Below are positions 12,580-25,260 of a DNA stretch of 64,000 bases, piece after piece. Position 1 is the stretch's first letter. Each line of letters starts with the position of its first letter. The notes beneath the pieces were generated by a model. The model did no database searches. It was not told the origin of the DNA and saw only the letters and a program-made list of their open reading frames with translations. Position numbers and translations under genes: made by a program. Origin of the DNA: Octopus sinensis (taxonomy: Eukaryota); assembly GCF_006345805.1 (NCBI RefSeq), contig NC_043012.1, forward strand, positions 21,142,001 to 21,206,000, read 5' to 3'.

Positions 12580-12780
12580 TGTTGTTGTTGTTGTTAAGCA
12601 ACAAGACGGGTAACGGTGATTAGGTGACGGTCTAGGGCTTAGGGGCGGGAGACCCCAGACCTTGGAAAAAAAAACTTTGGTCGTCTTGTTGTAGTCGAGG
12701 GCTCTTCGTTGACGCCCGACACCACTGGGAGGTGGCCTTCGAAGACGCTGGAAATGGAGATCTCCAGATCCAAATTCTTG
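12580..12780 (-). mobile_element. Unclassified retroelement 3' end with (AAC)n tail
   Basis: GC-richer segment ending on the minus strand in TTAACAACAACAAC; no diagnostic protein motif. Confidence 0.3.
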
Positions 12781-13462
12781 GACGGCTGTTGCTGCTGCTG
12801 CAGTCACTGCTGCTGCTACAGCTGCTGATGTTGATGATGATCAAATATAGAACTTGACACTTAATAACATATTTACAGCTCTATGAACCGACGGATGTCT
12901 CTCTACGTGTTCCCTGCACCTGCTAAAATTTATAGCCAATTCTCCCCAAAATTACAAAGTCTTGATATAAGTATAAGACATAACGTAGTCCCAGGTGTAC
13001 AATGCCTAAAAGACAAGAGAGAATGATGCCAGGTAGAACAGAGATATGCTTAATGAGAACTAATCAAGGGTTGTAAACTTCAAAAACACGATACTAATTT
13101 AGAAAACTGTAACACACTCACCTAAAAAAAACGTATTTAAAAAAATTTCATTATCTAATCTCTTGCGTTTGTTCGAAGGGAAATAACTGTTGATTAGTTC
13201 GTCACGATAGACGAAACGCTTAGTAATTTTTCTTGATTTAGAAATAGTCATTAAAAGCATACAACATGAGTGGACGCATTCGATTCCAGTGCGTAAATCG
13301 AATTTTCATAAAGGCATTTGATGGTAGCAGATAAATAAGGAAAAAACCCGAAGATGAAGTTAGGCGGCAGCAACAATACCTTCGTGTATAATAATGAAGG
13401 AACTACTTAAGCTGCACACACGCAATCATAAACATAAAACTACACACACACACATATGTATG

Positions 13463-13504
<42 letters not shown>

Positions 13505-13546
13505 TACACACACTTTCTCTCTCTTTCTCTCTCTTTCTCTCTCTCT

Positions 13547-13580
<34 letters not shown>

Positions 13581-14779
13581 ACATATATATACATATACAC
13601 GACATGCTTCTTTTAGTTTCCGTTGCCAAGCAAATCCACTGACAAGGCGTCGTTTGTCGGCCCAGAGCTATTAGAAGAAAACACATGCCCAAATTGCGAC
13701 GCAGTGGGACTGAACCAGGAACCATATGGTTAGGAATTAAATTACGTATCACACAGGCTCGCCTTCCGTACATACGTATATACACGTAAATACACACATA
13801 TAAAGACCCACACGTATACACAAGCATAGAGACGCATATACACGCATACATACATAAGCACACGCACAAATGTTACAGCGTTCGAAATATTTTGTAACAT
13901 ATATCCTTGCGCGCAGCTGCATGGTTTTGTGGTTAAGGCTGTCACAATCATGATCGTAAGTTTGTTGTTTCGATTCCTGTACAGGGTGATGCGATGCATT
14001 GGGCTCTCAAGCAAAAATATTCACTTTAGTACACCCTCGTACTATCTCACATCTTAGCGCCTTTTATACATATCACCACACCTCCCATTTTTCATACAGA
14101 TTCCTCCCTTACATACTTATCGCTTCCTTCTATCCCTCCCCTATTCCTTTTAACCTGATAGCTCTCCCCTCCAATCCCCTTCACCATCTGGCACTTCTTT
14201 TTTCATTTTCTCATCCTCTTTCTTCTTTCCTCCCCTATACCTTTTGACTAATACGATTCTCTTTCTAACATACATATCTATTCTCTTATTTCTACTTACC
14301 CCTACCAGTACACACTCAAAATTTCATTCACACCACAAGACCTCTTTGAATGAACAGCACTATCCATTTGTAATAAGAAAATATGAAATCCTATCGGAAT
14401 CTACATACCATGGATAAGAAGCATTTCTACCCATTCTACACAGCGCTTTCCTTGGATAATGGAACTTCAACTGTAGCATATATTTTTACTTTCACTTTTA
14501 TTTTTACTTTTATTCTCTTATTTCCTTTTATACTTCCTATATCCATCCTTTCCAAAGTAATTTCTTATATTGAATTTAATATTTCTTTCTAGTTAACTCT
14601 TTCATATCGTCTTTGGTGAAAGGATATCACTACTATCCAAGAAAGAGCTGTAAGACTAAGTTTCTCTTCCCAAATTCCCTATAAATTTCACAAACCCTTG
14701 GTTTTGTTATGTCATTTTATTTAACGCACACACACACATACATATATACATATATATATATGTGTGTGTGTGTGTGTGT

Positions 14780-14958
14780 ATGTATTTATATACGACGAGC
14801 TTCTTTTCAGTTTACGTCTGCCAAATCCACTCACAAGGATTTGGTCAGGCCTGATGCTATGGCAGAAGACACTTGCCCAAAGTGCCACGCAGTGGGACTG
14901 AACCCGGAACCATGTGGCTTGGGAGCAAGCTTCTTACCACACAACCACGCCTGCGCCT
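14780..14958 (-). mobile_element. SINE family B, 5' half
   Basis: Reverse complement of the head through the internal microsatellite. Confidence 0.8.
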
Positions 14959-15952
14959 ATGTATGTATGTATGTATGTATGTATGTATGTATGTATGTAT
15001 GTATGTATGTATGCATGTATGTAAGTATTTTTGTTGTTCAGGGCATGGCTTTCAAATGCATCCAATAATGGGCCCCTGTTATCGCAATTCCAAGGTCTTG
15101 GGAAGCTTGGAATCCCTTCTTAGCTATTACTATTTCCAGGTCTACTCTGACCCAGAATCACTAGGAGTCCAACATCCCCTAGTTCACGTTAGATCTTTCT
15201 TCTTGAAGGAGGTAACCTCGCATAAAACCCGAAGTGCAGTTTACTTCTGTTCGTCTCAACCTCTGTTGTGCCACTGGTTTTTAGAGTTGATTGAGTCGAT
15301 CAGTGGGTTCCGTGCTGAGCCATAACAAATTGACACTTCGTAAACCGAAGCAAAACTGAGTGTTTAGGAAGTTATCTCACTCGGTCACAAGATGATTTCC
15401 ACCATGTGTGTATGTGTGTATGTGTGTATGTTCCGTTCTGTTTTTGATCATTTAAATTGTTCCTCTGATGAAGGAACTGGTTTCTAACAAAGATACAAAG
15501 CTCCATCTTTGTATCACCATTCAAAGAACATAAATAACGACAATAATGTCACATTTTAAATCTGAGAAAAGTCTTGCACAGCTTTAATGTTCCGCTGAGT
15601 GTATGCATGCATGTCGCCTTCTATTTTTAATTATTTGAAATCTTCTTGTAAGGCAAGGGCCGGTTTCTAATAAAAAAAATACAAAAATCTATCGCAACGA
15701 GGGAGATGACAAAATCAATGTCAGATTATTAATTTGAGTACAGTCTTGCATACCTCGACCGTTCCGCTTATAGCTTGTACTTGTAATGTGTCCCGTAGCT
15801 GCTTGATATCCCCCCCTCTTATCCAGGTCCTCAATTAAGGATTAACTAAAAAAAAAGCACCAAACGCACCAATTATTATCGACATAAATGTGAAATCAAA
15901 ATCTGGTTATAGCAGCCGAAGGGTTCAAAACAGTTGTCTAAAGTATGCATAA

Positions 15953-16013
15953 GTGTATACATATACACACACATACATATATGAATACGTATATGAATAT
16001 ATAAATATAGATG

Positions 16014-16101
<88 letters not shown>

Positions 16102-16294
16102 ATATGTATACATATTATATATATATATATATAATATATATATATATATTATATATATATATATAATATACATATATACATATACATATATATATATATA
16201 CATATACATCTATATTTATATATTCATATACATATTCATATATGTATATGTATCCTTTTGTGTGTGTGTTTGTGAAAATATAGAGACGTACGTA

Positions 16295-16353
<59 letters not shown>

Positions 16354-16486
16354 TATAATATATATGTATACATATATATATATATATATATATACATATA
16401 CATCTATATTTATATATTCATATACATATTCATATATGTATATGTATCCTTCTGTGTGTGTTTGTGAAAATATAGAGACGTACGTA

Positions 16487-16532
<46 letters not shown>

Positions 16533-16556
16533 ATTATATATATATATATATATATA
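15953..16556. repeat. Compound (TA)n tract with internal direct and inverted duplications
   Basis: Unique spacer CATATACATCTATATTTATATATTCATATAC appears at about 16201 and 16395, and in reverse complement at about 15975-16022. Confidence 0.85.
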
Positions 16557-16960
16557 CAATTGAGATAGGGGTTGTAAATGCAACCCTCTATGGGACATAA
16601 TCTCCGAAGAGGCCTTGTGATATTTTTGTTAATGACTCATTTATATCTATATATTGACCAACCATAAAGGGCTAATATTGGTAAAATGAGACAATTATCG
16701 ACATGGCCGAAACAGCTGTAAGATCTAATTTATACTTATATTTATATTTACTTGTATTTATATTCTCTTCTATATATATTCTACTTATTATACAACATTA
16801 CTCTTTTATGTAGACTTTTTTATGTACATTCCTTTATGTACACCGAATTGTTCTGCTTTTTATATTTAACCCTACAGTCTCTTATGAGGTGGTTTAATAA
16901 AGTATGTGATTGAGTATTATCTCGTAATTGATATTTGATTTAAATATATTTCTCCATTTT
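16557..16960 (+). mobile_element. Penelope-like element terminal relic between (TA)n tracts
   Basis: Contains the hammerhead fold at 16600-16724; (TA)n on both sides. Confidence 0.55.
16600..16724 (+). ncRNA. Type I hammerhead-ribozyme-like motif with U4C change and 90-nt loop II
   Basis: Stem I ATCT/AGAT; core CCGAAGA (canonical CUGANGA); stem II GGCC/GGCC; GAAA; stem III AC-AGCT-GT; cleavage triplet GUA (16718-16720). Confidence 0.6.
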
Positions 16961-16967
16961 CTTATCT

Positions 16968-17000
<33 letters not shown>

Positions 17001-17004
<4 letters not shown>

Positions 17005-17200
17005 AATCCAAACATGGATAGGTAAGAAAAACAACAACGCAAGGACGTGGAATTATTGGATGCTCAGGAAAGGAAAGAAAAGAAAGAGGACTTCACGTTT
17101 CGAGTGGAGCTCTTCATCAGAAATATAGAAATAGTCCAAAGAAGGGAAGACGGGAAAAGAAAATTGCCAACGATAAGTATTTATGAATGCTATTTTATTG
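17001..17200 (-). mobile_element. Penelope-like terminal relic with minimal hammerhead-like core
   Basis: Minus strand TTT-CTGATGAA-GAG-CTCCA-CTC-GAAACGT-G-AAG at about 17089-17123; adjacent to (TA)n. Confidence 0.5.
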
Positions 17201-17399
17201 ATTGATGAATTCCATTCGTAGATTAAGCTGTTCGCCATGAGGCTTTCATCGCATTAAACCGCAATCGAATAATGTATGTAAATTAGGCACCATTTTAATA
17301 ATGTAACATAATATACTGCACTGCGCCTTGCAATCTTTCTTACCTACTTTATGTGAAGGAGTTGTTGTTACGAAGAAACACACGTGTGTGTATGTTTGT

Positions 17400-17458
17400 A
17401 TATACGTTCATACATATACATATATAAGAGAAAGACAGGGTGAGAGAATAACTATACA

Positions 17459-17493
<35 letters not shown>

Positions 17494-17768
17494 ACACACA
17501 CACATATATATATATGCATGTGTATATATATAGAGAGAATAAACATATATACATGTACATATATATAAATATATATATGCACGCATGTATACATATATAT
17601 GCATGTTTGTATGTATATGTGTATGTATAGATACATATATGTATGTATGTATATATATATAGAGAGAATAGATATACATACATGCATATATGCATGTTTG
17701 CATATATATATATGGTGTGTGTGTGCGCGTGTGTATACATACATGTATGTATGTATATATATATGTAT

Positions 17769-17842
<74 letters not shown>

Positions 17843-18470
17843 TATATATATGAATATAAGTATATGTGTATATATATATAGAGAGAGAGAGAGAGTGAAT
17901 AGGCATACATACATGCACATATATACATATATATATGTGTGTGTCTATGTGTCTGAGTGTGTGTGTGTTTGTGTGTCTGTGTGTGTGTGTATGTGTGTGT
18001 GTGTGTGTGCGTGTGTGTTGGGGGGGGCGTGTGTGCGTGTGTCTGTGCGCGTGTGTGTCTATTTTCTTTCTCTCTTTAATTCAGAGTAAATGTTGACCGG
18101 TCATAAATGTGGTTGGTAGCAAGAAGGTTGTGGAAAATAGAACTTTGGTTTAACCATCAGTCTTTAAATTTTAAGGTCTTGCAGATTCTCAGTCCTCGTA
18201 TGTATGAATGTGTGTGTGTGTGTGTGTGTATGTGTGTGTGTGTGTGTGCGTGTGTGTGTGCGTGTGTGTGTGTGCGCGCGCGTGTTGTGTGTGGGTGTGT
18301 GTGTGCGTGCATGTGTATGTGTGGAGCGTGAGTGTTTGGGTGAGTGTGTGCGCATTTGTGTCTGCCCACACACGCACTCATGCACACACACACACACACA
18401 TACACATATCATACACGCACTGCCACACGAACATCAACCACGCACATTCACATACACACATTCACCCGCG
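17400..18470. repeat. Compound (CA)n/(TA)n/(TG)n microsatellite block
   Basis: Directly visible. Confidence 0.95.
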
Positions 18471-20287
18471 CGCCATAAACATGTACGCAAATATATTTAC
18501 CTGTCTGCTGAAATGAAATAAGCTTTGCGTGTGCTTAGGAAATATTATTCACAGGTGTCTATGCAAACACTTACAATTGAAATTTGTTCCGTTTGAGAAT
18601 CTCATTTCGACAATGCACAGAAGATACATTTGCAAATTGCAATAATCAAATTGTAAATATTATATATACATACAAAGGAAACTCCTAACTTAATTAAAAG
18701 TATAATTCGTATTCATAAGGGAGAGTATTCTAAAACAGTCCACTCTTGAGTTACTTCCCATAAACATGTTTCTCTCGAAAGCAGATGTACTATTTCCCAG
18801 AAATACATCTAATTCTATTAGATCCAACATTTGAATTCAGTAAATATACGGTTTCTTTTCTCATTGTGTTTTCATTTCCATGTTAGTCTCATAAGACAAC
18901 AACAGCAAACTTGGGAAAATTTAATTCGCTTATTCCTCTTTATTCCAAACACTGGATTCCTTCAATCGAAACAGCTGTGGCTCTCCCACTATTGAATAAT
19001 GCTTTACCATTTCTTTCTTCCTGTATCTTCTGCTTTGGATACCTTTTCTCTGTATACAAGGCTAACTTAAAGATAAATATTTATTCCGCAATATTCTTTC
19101 TATTGCTGGATACGACGTTTTGCGGTATTTCTTCCGGCGCTTACTTTCCGAGTTCAAACTATGCCGAGATCGAATTTACATTTCATCGTTTCAGGGTCGA
19201 CAAAATAAGCACCAATTGAGGACCTTCGTCGATCTAACCGACGAACCCCTTCTTTCATAACTGTTGCCTTTGCTCCAAATTTTGAAATCATTAATTTAGG
19301 ACTGGGGTATTAGCAGATTTCCTACAGTGTACAACACAATACCTTCTTTATCGTTTTCTGTTCAAATTCTACTGAGGTCAGTTTTTGCCGTTCATAATTC
19401 TGGTTTCAAGTCCCATAGTCGCTGTCGGCGTCACCAATAAATTCAAGGAACTCTTCCTATATTGGTGATTGATTTCTATGATCGTTTATATTTAACACCA
19501 TATCGAGGGCAGGAAGCTCGTAGAATCATTAGAGCGTCTGGAGAGTAATTTGCGGTATTTCTTCCGGTCAGAGCCGTCTTAGCAGCATTATAATCTCCCA
19601 GGCAAATCAATGCACTGGGCCCTAGAGTATTTATTTATTGATAACAAACCACGGCATTCATAGATCATAACTGGTACCCAAGACCCGTGGAGGCCCTGGG
19701 CAACTGCGCTGTATGCCTATACTCTGAAAGGGCACTGCTTCCGGGTCTTTACATTCTGAATTGAAATTCCCACGGAGGTCAATATTGTCTTTCATCCCAC
19801 CGAGGCCGATATACAAAAGCACTAATCAAGTCCTGGGGTTGGTGATTTCGACTGAAACCTTTCTTTGCAATGTATTGACGTTGGGCCTAAATCACAAAAC
19901 AAGTATTACACTGCTAACTATGATTAAGAAAATCCCTTATCAAAAGTGTCCTAGACATGACCACCTCGACATTTCGCATACCTTATGATTTACGGGACAA
20001 TTGCCTTCTATTTCTTGAAATTTTAGTGACCAGTTGAGACGTCCTCTTCGGGTCACCTTTTTCATACCATTTACCTTTTACTCGCTTCAGTCGCAGGACT
20101 GCGCCCATGATGGAGCAGCGATTGAAGGGTTTAGGGGAACAAATCAACCCATTACTTTCTTCTAAATCTGATATCTATTCTATCGGTTCTTCTTGTCAAG
20201 CCGCAAAATTACTGGGACGAAACCAAACCAACACTCACTGTCAAGCGATGTGGTGAGGACAAACATACACACATACACACATACACA

Positions 20288-20385
20288 CATACATACAGAC
20301 ATACATACATACATACATACATACATACATAAATACATACATTCATGCATTCATACATACATACATACATACATACATACATACA

Positions 20386-20414
<29 letters not shown>
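20288..20414. repeat. (CATA)n microsatellite (also 20853-21018; (TATG)n at 14959-15022 and 45851-45960)
   Basis: Directly visible. Confidence 0.95.
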
Positions 20415-20416
<2 letters not shown>

Positions 20417-20852
20417 TGTTATTTGGGACAGAGGCGAAGGTATGTACAATCATAGAGGTCAGCTGCCCTGCAGATATAAATAATCTTTGAAAATCAAAGA
20501 AAAAGATGATATCTATGGACAACTGCTTCGAAACCTCCAGCTTCTATATCCAGACTATGAATTCATATTCATACCAATAATAATTGGAGCATCAGGTTTT
20601 GTTAGTAAATGCTTAAAGGATAATCTGGATAATCTGAGATTTTTAGAGAGAGAGAGAGAGATTGACCGGCTGATTCGTACATTACAAGTGCAATCTGTGA
20701 GTAGAACAGTGAAAATATGCAAGACTTTTCTCAATTTCCAAATGTGAATTTGTCTGTGTTAACTACATCACAAACATGGGGCCTTGTATCTTTGTTGGAA
20801 ACTGGTTCCTTCCTCAGTTGAAGATTTATAATAATTTTTAAAATAGAAGAGA
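20414..20852 (+). mobile_element. 3' fragment of a restriction-like-endonuclease (R4/Dong-like) non-LTR retrotransposon
   Basis: Across two frameshifts: IVIWDRGE / VCTIIEVSCPADINN / LKIKEKDDIYGQLLRNLQLLYPDYEFIFIPIIIGASG...VKICKTFLNFQM*, i.e. the PD-(D/E)xK endonuclease C-terminus plus a short 3' UTR. Confidence 0.75.
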
Positions 20853-20961
20853 CATACATATATACCTACCTACCTACATACATACATGCATACATACATA
20901 CATACATACATACATACATACATACATACATACATACATACATAGGTACATACATACATAC

Positions 20962-20992
<31 letters not shown>

Positions 20993-21655
20993 CATACATA
21001 CATACATACATACATACATGACAGGCTTCGACACAGTTCGTATCAACAAAATTCTCAAAGATTGGATCCAAATACATGCGGCTGCAAAAGGAATTCTGTA
21101 ACCACCCACTCAATACGTGGATTATACTCTATTAAATCGATACCAATTGTTGACTAGTGTTGTAGTTTTGTTTTATCGATCTCCAGCAAAATAGAGAACA
21201 AATTGACCTGGATGAGATTAGACCGGCATGCGCTCTTGACTGCCGAGTGCAACGTATTCTGCCGAACGCTCGAAGGAACCTGTTTGTCAATTTCCCCGTA
21301 TTGATGTGAAATGTGGCAGGGAGTGAATCATTGTGTTGAGTGGGTGAGGGATATCTCGTCTGCCCATCCAAGTAGCAGCTGTGCTCACAGCAAACACTAC
21401 GCTATGAATTTATATCTAAGTTCAATGACAGTTGTCATTATTAAGGTGGGAAACGCCCTGTACATCGTTACTAACACACACACACACACACACACACAAA
21501 GAGGCTTATTCCACAAATATTTGTACACACTGTATCTGTTACAAATAGTGTAAAATAGCGAGTATAGATTTGAGGAGAGGTAAACGTATACGACATAAAT
21601 ATATACGACCATAAAAACTTCGAAGTCACAGTCACTATTTCTTGTGAACATAATC

Positions 21656-22071
21656 AGCAAGAGTGGCTGTGCGGTAAGTAGCTTGCTAACCAACCACATG
21701 GTTCCGGGTTCAGTCCCACTGCGTGGCACCTTGGGCAAGTGTCTTCTGCTATAGCCCCGGGTCGACCAATGCTTTGTGAGTGGATTTGGTAGACGGAAAC
21801 TGAAAGAAGCCTGTCGTATATATATGTATATATATATGTGTGTGTGTATATGTGTTTGTGTGTCTGTGTTTGTCCCCCTAGCATTGCTTGACAACCGATG
21901 CTGGTGTGTTTACGTCCCCGTCACTTAGCGGTTCGGTAAAAGAGACCGATAGAATAAGTACTGGGCTTCCAAAGAATAAGTCCCGAGGTCGATTTGCTCG
22001 ACTAAAGGCGGTGCTCCAGCATGGCCGCAGTCAAATGACTGAAACAAGTAAAAGAGTAAAAGAGTAAAGAG
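21656..22071 (+). mobile_element. SINE family B, near full length
   Basis: Colinear with 3555-3981. Confidence 0.9.
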
Positions 22072-23430
22072 CATACTCATCTGCTAAGCGCATTTTTTCG
22101 TTAAATTTCGATTATCGTTGTGCCGCGTTATATTAATCCCATTATATTTATGTATATAATACACACATCAATATTTGTGTTTCTGTGTGGGACCAGCGAC
22201 ACACCATTTAAAAAAAGACAGTCAGATTATCTGAATACGGAAGGACGGCAGTAGATGCATGTTTCTACCCCCAATAAGCCTAACCGCTATTGTCGTACGT
22301 TACCTTCATAATATACAGACATAAAAAATGAGAGTACACATGTACGGCCTAGTGAATTTGCATAAATAATGCTAAAATAAGTAAAGAAAAACCCTTACAA
22401 TTGCTACAAGCAAATATTTGAAAGACAAAGAAGAAATAAAGTACCCTTAAATAAATTCATCATTTATTGAAATTATCTTCGTTTTTAAAGAGGGTAAACT
22501 TATTGCTCGTATATACATTGAGTATGATACAGAGATGGCTATTTATACTGCTGCAACTGTGTATATCAGATTAAAAAAATATTGTTTTCAGTGTGTTTGA
22601 ATAGAGTTATGGAGAAATAGTCAATATACGATGATATTTATTGAACATTACTCAATACACCCACGCTGTATCTATTGCGCGGATGCTCTATCGTATCAAT
22701 AAAGACTGACTCCTTCTTTATTCCCAAGTCTTTGATAGAGAATTCATTCGCAACAATATAACGGCTACAGAGGACGGGTCAAACCGAGTCGATCCTTTGC
22801 CGGCATTGTGATGTTGTTTTCAGTGGAGAAATTGAAGTTATTACATCTGGGAGAGGAATTCTGATCGAGATATTTTTTGCGTCACCGGAAACTTATACAT
22901 GTCCTCTTAGCCCTTACCACCGACGACAGAAATGTAAACTTTTGGAATTTATCGAACAGAAGCCTTCTGATAAATAAGTGATTTTATAGCTGTTTATTTA
23001 TGTCTCAGAATAAATGTTTATTTTCGTTAATGTTATTGGTGTAAGCCTTTCATGGTTTAGCAATGTAATAAATATTCGAGATCACAGTAAGAAAGAAACG
23101 AAAGAAGGAAAACAAACTGCGAAAGTCTGTAGGAATTTTCTATGAATTGTATGAATGCGTGTCTGGAGTTCTGGAAGTCTTTGTACAATCGATGAGTTTG
23201 TTCTCAATGATTTTATCGAAAAACAGTTAACATAGTATCGATAGAGAGAGGAAAATCGAACACTTTCGGTTATTTAGCTTTACTTTCGCGGCTAATGTGT
23301 GTGCAGAAAGCATGAACTTCATAATCCCTCTCTGCTTAGTGTGAAAATCAACACAGCACGGTTAGAGGAGATCTTCGTTGAAAGTGAGAGCGCAACGTGG
23401 TTTCCGATATTGCAGCATATCAGTCTCATA

Positions 23431-24035
23431 GGTGGCGAGCTGGCAGAACCATTAGCACGCCGGGCGAAATGCGTAGCCGTATTTCATCTACCGCTACGTT
23501 CTGAGTTCAAACTCCGCCGAGGTCCACTTTGCCTTTCATCCTTTCGGGGTCGATAAATTAATTACCAGTTACGCACTGGGGTTAATGTAATCGACTTAAT
23601 CCGTTTGTCTGTCCTTGTTTGTCCCCTCTATGTTTAGCCCCTTGTGGGTAATAAAGAAACAGGTATTTCGTCTGCCACTACGTTCTGAGTTCAAATTCCG
23701 CCGAGGTCGACTTTGCCTTTCAACATTTCGGGGTCAATTAAATAAGTACCAGTTACGCACTGGAGTCGATGTAATCGACTTAATCCCTTTATTGTCCTTG
23801 TTTGCCCCCTCTGTGTTTAGCCCCTTGTGGGTAATAAAGAAATAAGAATAAGAGTGAAATGCTTAGCAATATTTCGTCTGTCTTTATGTTCTGGGTTCAA
23901 ATTCTGCCGAGGTGGGCTTTGCCTTTCATCCTTTCGGGGGTCGATAAATTAAGTACCAGTTGCGTACCGGGGTCGATCTAATCGACTGGCTCCTTCCCCA
24001 AAAACTTTGGGCCTTGCGCCTAGAGTAGAAAAGAA
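23431..24035 (+). mobile_element. SINE family A head-to-tail trimer
   Basis: Full unit, 5'-truncated unit, then a unit with the alternative tail (...GGGCCTTGCGCCTAGAGTAGAAAAGAA); flanked by TATCAGTCTCATA (23418-23430) and TATCAGTCTTATA (24041-24053). Confidence 0.85.
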
Positions 24036-24569
24036 AAGCTTATCAGTCTTATAGAATTGTTGAAAGGTCCGCACGTTTATGGAGTTCAATTAACAACAGC
24101 GAGATTCCAGGTTCGATTCCATGATGCGGTATTTGGGAAATTACTTTTTACAAAAACCTTCCGTTTCTCAATAATTTGTGAGTGAAACTTTACAAAAACC
24201 AGGCATGTAGGAGTACAGACGTGTGTGTTTCTGTGTATGTATGCTTACATACATACATGTGTGAGCGTGTGTGTGTATACTGTATCCTGGGAGGAGAGGA
24301 TGGAAGAGGTTCTACACAAAAAGGAAGACAAATGCGAGAAGTTAGAAGAAAACTGTTGAAAGAATGGGTAAGTGTGGGGTTGGGATCTAATCGACTGTAC
24401 TCAAATCGTTTCTTAATGAGTCGCAGCACCTTTCATATTGCACACACACACACACCACACACACACACATGTATGTACAAGTGTGTGGGTTTGTGTAAAC
24501 TGTTACATGCAACACAAGCAGTATCAAATTAAGATAGCTACTTATATATCTGCGGTGTGTGTGTGAGTA

Positions 24570-25000
24570 CTTTTATTCTTTTAAATTCTATTACTTGTAT
24601 AAGTCATTTGACTGCGGCCATGCTGGAGCACCGCTTTGAATGATTTTAGTCGAACAAATTGCCCCCCAGGAATTACTTGTTTTGTTTTTTTTTATTGTAG
24701 AATCCTGGTATTTAGTTTGTCGGGCTCCTTTTTCCGAACCGCTAGGTTATGCGGACATAGACACACCAACACCTGTTGCCAAGTGGTGATGGGAGGACAA
24801 ACATGGACACAAAGACGCACACACACACACACATATACGACAGGCTTCTTTCAGTTTCCGTCTATCTACCGAATCCTTTCACAAGGCTTTGGTTGGCCCG
24901 AGACTACAGTAGAAGACACTTGCCCAAAATGACACATACAGGGACTGAACCTCAAACTATGTGGTTGGAAAGCAAGTTTGTTACCACACAGCCATACCTG
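24570..25000 (-). mobile_element. SINE family B, diverged
   Basis: GTCATTTGACTGCGGCCATGCTGGAGCACCGC...AGAAGACACTTGCCCAA...ACCACACAGCC. Confidence 0.8.
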
Positions 25001-25012
25001 ATTATATATATA

Positions 25013-25065
<53 letters not shown>

Positions 25066-25068
<3 letters not shown>

Positions 25069-25260
25069 GTTAAAGAGGACAAGAAATGTTAAGGCAAGGC
25101 AAACATCTCAAGTCATATACATTATTATTATTGGAAGAAATTCAAAGTCTTACAGCTGTTTCTGAGATATCTTAGAGTATGGGATATTCGGTCATCGGCA
25201 CTTACCTAGCGTACCTAATCGTTTAGATCACCTGTGAACTAAATCCTACCCCATGTTTTG
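25066..25260 (-). mobile_element. Penelope-like relic with decayed hammerhead core
   Basis: Minus strand CCGATGA...GAAACAGCTGTAAGA, the same 3' motif as at 16709-16723; (TA)n on both sides. Confidence 0.45.

Larger units (their letters stand above)
20075..21060 (-). mobile_element. Older SINE family B copy split by the RLE-LINE fragment
   Basis: Diverged 3' half at 20075-20275 (..TGTCAAGCGATGTGGTGAGGACAAAC); 5' half resumes at about 21019 (GACAGGCTTC..CAGTT). Confidence 0.6.

Noticed and set aside
13186-13225. TTCGTC/GACGAA hairpin followed by GAAAC, as a hammerhead candidate (similarly CTGATGAAGG at about 15472)
   Set aside because: Core incomplete and stem I does not pair.
15925-18521. 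Many 60-215 aa ORFs rich in YI/CV/HT dipeptides (also near 39000, 41600, 42600, 52900 and 58500)
   Set aside because: Translations of (TA)n, (TG)n and (CA)n microsatellites, which lack stop codons in some frames.
22820-22935. Acceptor followed by an open frame (GEIEVITSGRG...) and an EKLKLL string recalling IFT57
   Set aside because: The IFT57-like frame has an in-frame TGA, the other frame is unrecognised, and the donor is weak.
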